A stretch of 55,695 nt of DNA, counting the filler, from Dirinaria sp. TL-2023a (taxonomy: Eukaryota): assembly GCA_051941275.1 (NCBI GenBank). It is 3 parts of 3 records of this genome, joined end to end, with 100 filler letters (N's around TTAATTAATTAA, not from the genome) between each part and the next. Parts side by side here need not be neighbours in the genome. Positions count along the whole stretch, not along the records: positions 37,240 to 55,695 come from JAVEBF010000383.1; 2 more parts are not named here. One strand, given 5' to 3'. Below, piece after piece: positions 47,826 to 55,695 of this stretch. The notes under the pieces are model-generated. The model was not told the origin of the DNA, made no database searches, and saw nothing but the letters and a program-made list of their open reading frames with translations. Both the position numbers and the translations under genes were made by a program. The first letter of the stretch is position 1. Each line of letters starts with the position of its first letter.

Positions 47826-49958
47826 ATGGCTTTCAAAGGCTTCCTTCCTTCTCCTGGTGCATCCCCCAAAGGATCACTATCAAAATCCTCGGCCAAGCGA
47901 CGTATATTCCTCCGTGAAACCGAAGACGACAGCGGGCCAATGTACATCGAAGAATACATTTACAGACGAGACCGCTATAGGTCTTCCAGTACACCTTTCC
48001 CTTTCCCGCTACCTATGTCGCTCGAGACGATACCGCCGCATCTTGCCTCGATATACAGGATAGATTCAACCCTTCGGCAGCTTATCAGCAAGAGACTTAC
48101 GGATCAAGGTATTCAGGCCCAAACCATAGAAGTTGGCTTACAACACAAACATGGTTATCCTAAGAGTCAGTATTGGATTATCCTTCCTGCTAAGCAAGCA
48201 CACACTGACCTTGTCCGTATAGATGGGGACAAAAAAGTACCTGTTCTGCTCATCTTGTGTGACGCGGGGGAGAGTAATCCCCTAGAGAGGTGGTCAGCTG
48301 CACGACGCGACATCACGAAAGACCTTGACGACAATGGCCTTTCAGAGCTTGAGGTTGAGATCCAAGACCGTGCCCGTCACTACCAACCTTCTCTGTTTCC
48401 GATCCACCCCAACAACAAGGCTGTGGCACTATACAAGTCAATTCGCGGAGAATTACTTGTCCGTGTCTACAACAACATTGGGCATAACTGGCAAATTCTC
48501 TCACTTTTCGAAGTGGGGCGTATGTCCAATTCAAAGAAAGCAACTATCGTTCTCATGGTCTCACCTGTGACTGAGGCAGATTGGAGTATCCTAAAGGCGT
48601 CCCTTGAAGCCATCGTCCGTAGGGAGCAGGAAAAGTTTGGGGTCAGCTTACAAGTTGAGATAATGCCTGGCGGCTGCCGAGCCATGCCGCTCGAGGAGGA
48701 GGAACAAGAGCCAGACATGCCGGGCCAATCTTTCGTGCACAACTACAATACCTATCCACGCCAAGGCACTAGCATTGGTGTTCTAGGAGAACGGGGCGGC
48801 GGTACCCTTGGAGGTTTTTTTCGCATGGTTTCTCCGACAAAAATTCACCTAGGTTTTCTTACTAACTCTCACGTCGTCGCTCCACCACGCACTGCTTCCG
48901 AAAAGGTAAGGACGACATATGACTTTCAAGGCTTACGATACAACGCGCCAACAAGCGATCCTGGGCGAACGTGGCTGTAGTACTTCGCAAGAAAGGATGC
49001 CGAAGCCACTGTAGCTCAAGCAATTGCTATTATCGAGTCACGCAGAAGCCTAATAGATGACGAAAAAAGCTCAGAGCAAACACGGGAGGAGAGAGGCTTA
49101 TCAACACCGGAAACAAGGGCCAATCTTGAAGCAGTCATAATTCAGCTTCGCCAGGCGATTCAAGCAACGGAAGAGATTTTGAAGAGTGCTAAAAAAATGC
49201 CGAGATTATACGGTCGGACTATTCTCGCATCTGGAAGAGCCCTCACATCCGGCTTGAAAACGTTAGATTACGCTTTTGTCGAGACGTCTGAAATTGGTGA
49301 TACTCGTCTCCCTGACCAAACCACGTTCGATATTGCCAGAGCAGACCCGACTCGGCTTGGTTTCTCTCAAGCATTAACACTGCCTCCCAAATATAGCCAG
49401 TTCTCCAATATACGACCAGGGCAATGGTACTTTAAAGTAGGGCGAACGACTGGTCTCACCAGCGGGATATGCAATGGCGTAGAGACCTGGGTTAGACCAA
49501 CAAAGCAGCATACGCTATTCAACGCGAAAGGTGGAGTCGAGGCGATACGGAACAATGGAAGAAAGCTCAAGACAGAAATGACTGAGCTTCAGCAAGGGCA
49601 CAGCATAGTAAGACTTGTGTACGAGGAGGATGGGAAGCCAGTGGAGATGGAAGGTGAAGAGGGCCTTTACTATGCTGATGAATGGGTAATCGTCAATGGG
49701 TCTGTCAACCCGCTTTCCTCCAATAAGCAAGAGGATTTCTGTGCTTCCGGCGAGTCGGGAGCGCTGATCATTGATACCCTTGGTCGTGTTGCTGGGCTCT
49801 TGTGGGGCGATTTGACAGGCTTTTGTGGGCCTGCTGAAAGACATCGGCCATATATTGGGGCTGGGATGGTGACAGACATCAACGATGTCAAGTCCTTTAT
49901 GAAAGGAGCTCTTGGTTGGTCCAAGGATTCCAACGTTGACGTCCTGCGCTGCCCGTAG
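47826..49958 (+). pseudogene. Trypsin-like serine protease (Ssy5/Nal1-like) interrupted by one in-frame TAG
   Basis: GTLGGF, LTNSHVV (His), LDYAFV (Asp), FKVGRTTGLTSG, DFCASGESGALI (Ser). The two ORFs share a frame, separated only by TAG 48978-48980. Likely 57-nt intron at 48166-48222. Confidence 0.8.
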
Positions 49959-50675
49959 TGGTTGCAGCTTGCATACTCCCAACAACTACCTTAAGTTTCG
50001 GGAGAAAGCTTCCTTCAGTTTTACCTAGTTCGCCCTCAGAAACAATGTTAAATTGAAACCTTCCAAGAGCTCCCACTCGAAATAGAGTCTCACCTTGTCT
50101 CGCAGTGCGCTTTTGGGGCCTGCCAGTGAGCTGATTAATATCGATGACCGGTTTTATAAGTCTGTAGAAAAAGCTATTCATCACACCAAAGTTCGGTGAA
50201 TGACCCTCCCCTTTTCTATCTCTTACTCACAATAAACCTGTGACATTGTCCCCATATTGTAACAATTTAAAAGATTGGCGATAATTCTGTCATAGGCCTC
50301 TACGCGTATTGGAAGAATTCAAGCTTTTCAAGCCACATTGTGATCAAAACGGTGCAGCATAGCCCTAACCCTAGAATATTATGCAGTTCCCATTACCCGA
50401 GCACTCCGAGTAAACAATGTGCTTTCCGCCCGGCTGTCCATTGTCAATTTCTGTGAGTGGGTTGCCGTAGTGTGATCATGCGATGTGAGAGACCAGACCA
50501 CTCATAGATCCAATGATTGAAATATCCGTGCATGGTGATGCAGGTTTTTGGGACCGCCAGGACTGCTGATGTCGACGCGTACAAGGCTCCGGGACCTATC
50601 TGGGAACCGCGTCGAGGTTCGAGTTCTAAATCAAGCAGCGCATAAAAACATATATGTACTTCTGGTGGTGCAAGA

Positions 50676-53600
50676 ATGAGTGCATTTAGCCCGTCTGGCA
50701 CCGCGACGTTTACGCCTAAGAGCAGATCTTTTGCTCAGGCGTTGGGGAAAAAATCACGAGAATATGCGCGCCTCCATCTGTCGCTGCAGACGGTGATCGG
50801 GACTACAATATGCTCTCCTAACGCCTTCGACTGCCTTTCTGGGTTCCATACATTCGCTGTATGTGCCGGATCCGCTGTGGCACATGCGCGAGTCGACGAA
50901 GAGCTTGACATCACCCAAACATTCTATCGAGCCGGACCCAATGCAGTGGCTGCGAATCCCAGCTACTCATTCTACAATTCTCCAACGCCGAACGTTTCGG
51001 TTGACGGGCCCAGGAATTCTGCGTCTATTTTCAAAGACACTCATTCCGGATTTACAAATCCTGTGATACACGGCGATGCTTCCACCAGCTCACCCGGGAA
51101 AACGAAAGCCAGCACCCGAACCAGGGCTGCAAATTGTGTGTCTCTAAGTCCTGATGGCCAATTCCTCGCAATTGGAGAGGTAAGGCTGCCGCTAGAAATC
51201 CAATTCCAGCCTGATTTCGTCAGACAGGATACAGTCCACGGATCTGCATTTTTGGATGCAACGAGAACGCATCTCGAGATGTCCCATTGACCATCTTGAA
51301 CGAGCACAGTAAATTTGGCGTTCATTCATTAGCATTCTCTCCTGACTCTCGGTGGCTATGCTCTCTCGGTAATGTGAATGATGGTTTCGTGTTCCTCTGG
51401 TCAATCTCCAAAAACGGTTCTGCGCGGTTGCATTCGAGCAACAAGTGCATCTCTAATGTTCAGGATATTGCTTGGATGGGAAATTGTGTCGTCACAGTTG
51501 GAACTCGTCACGTGAAAATCTGGAGACTCGACCAGCCTCTGCCACCTTCACCAACGAAAAGCCGATATCTAGAGGGTACGCCAAATAGTCCTGCACCAAA
51601 AACCCTATCCGGAAGAAATTGTATTCTCGGATCACTCGTGGATTCAACCTTCAAATGTGTAGTTGCGAGCTCTGATTGCACCGCTATACTTTGTACGGAA
51701 AATGGTGAAATATGCCTCCTGGATGACACAGATCAAAATCAACGTCTGGAACAGATCGCCACTGTGCCATTCAAAGTATTGTGTGTTTCTGTAGATATTG
51801 AGAAGAATTTTGTCCTTGTTGGTGGAAAAGACGGTAAATTGCTGGCCTTGGATTTGCGGAAATTGGTAGGACGAGAATACCTGGCTGCACCTCAAGATAA
51901 CTCACCCGATGTCTTTTCCGACCCATCTTCCTCTCAGGAACTTGGATTGTGCCCAGATATCGTGGCTACTGGACCCTTGCGTAATCGGATCCTAGCAGTT
52001 GATGCCTCTCACCACATACAATTCATGGAGTATCCTGAGGGCAGTGAGAGAGTTTTCGTCGGCAAGCCAATTAAGCAGATACCCGCCCATGACAGCGCAG
52101 TACTAGGTGTTGCTAACCTGTCAACACCGAACAAGCAACAAGCGGATTTCTTCACATGGTCTTCACACGGGATCATCTACTTTTGGACAATAGATGGAAC
52201 TTGTAAAGGCAGACACAAACTCGCTTTGAAACAAGAGTCGCTTTCTGGAGTACAGGACCCAAATGCGTTGACCGTCTTGAAGGCATTGTCTGATGACACA
52301 TTTCTGTATGGTGACAAATGTGGGAACATGAGCCTGGCTGGAGAAAACCCGACCTTCCTCAAAGTACACGATGGAGAGATAACCGACATGGCGCTATCTT
52401 GTAAAGACCAAAGTCTCAATTTAGTAGCGACGTGCGGTCGAGATCGGACGTTGCAGCTTTTCCAAATCGATGGACAGCGTTTGGAACTCCTACAAACTTT
52501 GGAGAATGAGCACGCCGCAACAGTAAACAGCGTCTTTTTCCTGGCGGATGGCTCGACTCTGCTATCAGCTTCGGCCGACCGGACTGTCGTCATACGATCA
52601 ATAGCCTTCTCGAAAGATCAGAGAGCAGCATTTTTCACAAGCAAGGTCATAACACTAAGATCGAGCCCGGTATCAATTGCTCCATCAGTCACCCAACCTG
52701 GGATACTGGTTGTATCAACAATGGACAGACAATTTCTGAAGTACGATATCAGGTCAGGCCATTTGCTACAGACCTTCAAAGCCTCAGATCTGGGGGGGAA
52801 TGAATCAGTAATTCTGAGCTCTCTCAAGATAGACTGCTTGCGCAGCGAAGGACTTGAAACATACATCTTACTATGTGCCTCATCTACAGATAGGTCTCTT
52901 CGAGTTTACGATCTGGATACCGGATCATTGCTCACAAAGGAGTACGGACAGCTTGCAATCAGTGATCTATCTCTAGTCGAACACAGTAGCAGCGATTGTG
53001 ACCACGCATCTCGTCACCTCATCAGCGCCGGTCTCGATGGCACTATCATGATCTGGAGATTTTCGTCCCCCGAGCAACGAAATCCTGATCTCATTGCGAA
53101 CCACGAGCCTACATCGAGTGAGTCCTCCAACGCTGCTCAGCCACTTCGCCGGATTTTGTCGCGATCAGAACTTTCGGAATACCAAAAGTCATTGGAATCT
53201 TCTCAAGATCCGCCAACACCCACTCGTGGGTCTCAACCTTCCCGAGCAAAGAAGAAAACCTCGAGACTTACTCTTGCAGCTACGCCTAGACAGCATGCAC
53301 AAAGATATTCAAAGAGTGCTCATCATTCGCCGTCTTCATCTATCGCTGATGCAGCGGATCACAACTCCTGGCGTGGCGATACGTCGGCACTGCCTTCGCA
53401 TAAGGTTCCCCTAATGTCGCGTGCGAAGCGCTCTGCCTCGGACGCTGGGCAACATAGCCCAAATACAGCGGAGAGTACATGTGATTCATCACCATCTATT
53501 AAGCAAATTTGTCGAACTCTTCGCGACTATCGAAGCAGATTGACTGCTTCATCTGACAGCCTCAGTCAGGACGATGGCCGAGAGTTGGAGCGCGAGCTAA

Positions 53601-53773
53601 CACTTACCATCCAGGCCGTTGGCATGAAGACATACAAGTCGCATGAGACATCAAGCAGCGCAGCGACTGAGGATAGTGCGCTAGATGGCTGGCTCACGAG
53701 GATGATAGATGAAAGGCTTGCACTTAAACTGAACGAATCCAGGAGTGACAAGGCGGAAGAGAAAGGCTCTTGA
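50676..53773 (+). CDS. WD40-repeat protein, WDR62/MAPKBP1-like
   Basis: LSLQTVIGTT, CAGSAVA, SPDGQFLAIGE|TGYSPRICIF (intron 51180-51223), many WD repeats, low-complexity Ser-rich region and C-terminal helical segment. Confidence 0.85.
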
Positions 53774-54429
53774 GCATGAGCTTCTCGCATGCGAAACAGA
53801 TCTGGACAAGGATAGCCAAGAGTTCAAAGACCTCAAGCATGACCTTGCCGTTGGGTACTGTTAAACTAGGCTGCACCTTTCGGTACCTAGGCTTTGGTCC
53901 TGGAGGCTGTAAGCGCTGTAGTAACACTCCAGCTGCCTAATGGGGTAGCTATTGTGTAACCAAAGTAGTGCAAGCGAAGTTTGAGCTGGAGACTCATTGC
54001 CACGGGTCTTTTGATGTAGGACAAATGAGAGTATGGGAAACGATTTGGTATAATGATCGCTCAGAGTCTTCAGTACGGTTGGAAAAGCGAAACGTCGATC
54101 GACTTGGAGGATCAAAGAGGTATATAATTATATAGAGTGTACCGATAGGGTTTTCATGGGAGTTGGAGGACGGGGTAAATGCTGACATTCAATTGACTCG
54201 AAATCGTTAACCACTCGGATGGCCAATATTCATTGGCATCTACTCTACGTAAAGCTGGAAAATTCTGAAGGGTTGAAAGCAGATTCTGTCTCTCAGAACT
54301 AGGCGGCAGCGTACCTCAAGAAGTTCAGAGAAATCGAGGTGGTGTGGTGTGTTCCAGGATGCGCAGAACGGTAGGTACTATGGATGTGACTACGAGTAGC
54401 GCTCCAATGATGCCTGTGATGTCAAGAAA

Positions 54430-54443
54430 CGATCACGTGATCG
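54430..54443. promoter_or_regulatory. Perfect 14-bp palindrome containing the E-box TCACGTGA upstream of MOB1
   Basis: cgatcacgtgatcg, ~225 bp upstream of the ATG. Confidence 0.4.
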
Positions 54444-54666
54444 GTCTCCTGTCAACAAACCGAATCAACAATGGCAACCACCGCTTAGCTACACGATTAC
54501 ATGCCAGTGATCATCTAAACCAGATCATTTGTGGGAAAGTTTTATTGAAGCAACAAGTATGAATACCTTACCCGCAACACACTTAGAAGATTGCCTGGCT
54601 GACTCGTGGAATGAAGCAGCACCTGCTCACTTCACGCTCCAGACCTCAGCTCTCCCTCGTGAGAAC

Positions 54667-55695
54667 ATGACATCCTTCATTACCACAATGTTCGTCTCTA
54701 CGCCTTTTCCCAACCCCTCTCCCAAACCTTTGCCTCCTATCTTCACGCTGGCCCAATCATCATCTGCCCTGTCCTTGAACACCCACCATGTTGCGTGTGA
54801 ACCAGAGGAGACAGTCGCCTACTCACCAACAGAAATGACCCCCAATCTCCCAAGCTTACACCCCCTTCTGAACAGAAACGCTCGCACGAGGAACCAGTTC
54901 AAGCCACGGAATACCAACAAAGGCTCAAGTAGCTACCAGCTTCGGCAGTTCGCAGAGGCGACACTTGGTAGTGGGAGTCTGCGGAAGGCGGTTAAGCTAC
55001 CGAAAGATGAGGATCTCAATGAGTGGTTGGCTGTGAATGGTAGATTCCGACCAATTGCTTGTAAATCGCCGGGCTTTGTGGCTAACATGCTTACAGTCGT
55101 CGACTTCTACAACCAGATCAATCTGCTCTATGGATCAATAACTGAGTTCTGCTCACCACAATCCTGCCCCGAGATGAAGGCCACGGATGAGTGAGTAGCT
55201 TTGGGAGCATCTCCAATAGCCAAGTCTAATCGACAATCAGGTTCGAGTATCTATGGCAAGATTCGGAGAACTTCAAGCGCCCAACGAAGATGCCCGCTCC
55301 GGAGTATGTCGAGCACCTGATGGCGTGGGTGCAAGGCAACATTGACAACGAATCCATGTTCCCCAGCCGCATCGGTCAGTCTTTACCATCATCTCCGCAC
55401 GCAATTTATACATTACTGTCCTAAATGCATGGGATTCTTAATTACTGATCACGAAAGCTGGCAGGCTACCCATTCCCGAAGGTCTTCCCCACCCTCATCC
55501 GCCAAATCTTCAAGCGCCTCTATCGGGTCTACGCCCATATCTACTGCCACCATTATCCCGTCATCGTGCAATTGGGTCTTGAGCCGCACCTGAACACGAG
55601 CTTCAAGCACTACGTGCTTTTCATTGATGAGCATAGCTTGGCAAGCGGCAAGGATTTTTGGGGTCCTTTGGGGGATCTGGTGGATAGTATGCTCA
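54667..55695 (+). CDS. MOB1: Mob1 kinase activator (SIN/MEN); 3' end runs off the window
   Basis: Five exons give [18 protein letters not shown]...[17 protein letters not shown]...[18 protein letters not shown]...[16 protein letters not shown]...[16 protein letters not shown]...[10 protein letters not shown]. Confidence 0.95.

Overview
Eukaryotic, intron-containing DNA from a filamentous ascomycete (Pezizomycotina; possibly lichen-forming, which is a weak inference). It is three contigs joined by artificial 100-nt N44-TTAATTAATTAA-N44 spacers at 18553-18652 and 37140-37239, so adjacency across these points is unproven. Conserved genes are eIF3m (partial), MSH4, RSA4/NLE1, a WDR62/MAPKBP1-like WD40 gene and MOB1 (partial). 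Accessory genes are an MDR oxidoreductase, a secreted Kex2-processed repeat protein with Cys-rich cores, a HeLo-like/ankyrin protein, a secretory lipase, a desaturase-like protein, a MULE-derived FAR1-type DNA-binding protein, a stand-alone retropepsin and a DUF6594-type membrane protein. Five genes look decayed: a Zn2Cys6 TF, a membrane protein, an ankyrin protein, a DHA2 MFS transporter and a trypsin-like protease with one in-frame TAG. The most notable signals are the KEP-type precursor of C-x4-C-x13-C-x-C peptides, a candidate H/ACA snoRNA in the RSA4 intron, the domesticated FAR1-type factor with a CQCTCCDH tail, and a ~700-bp MITE-like element. All family assignments come from motif recognition by eye; no database searches were run.
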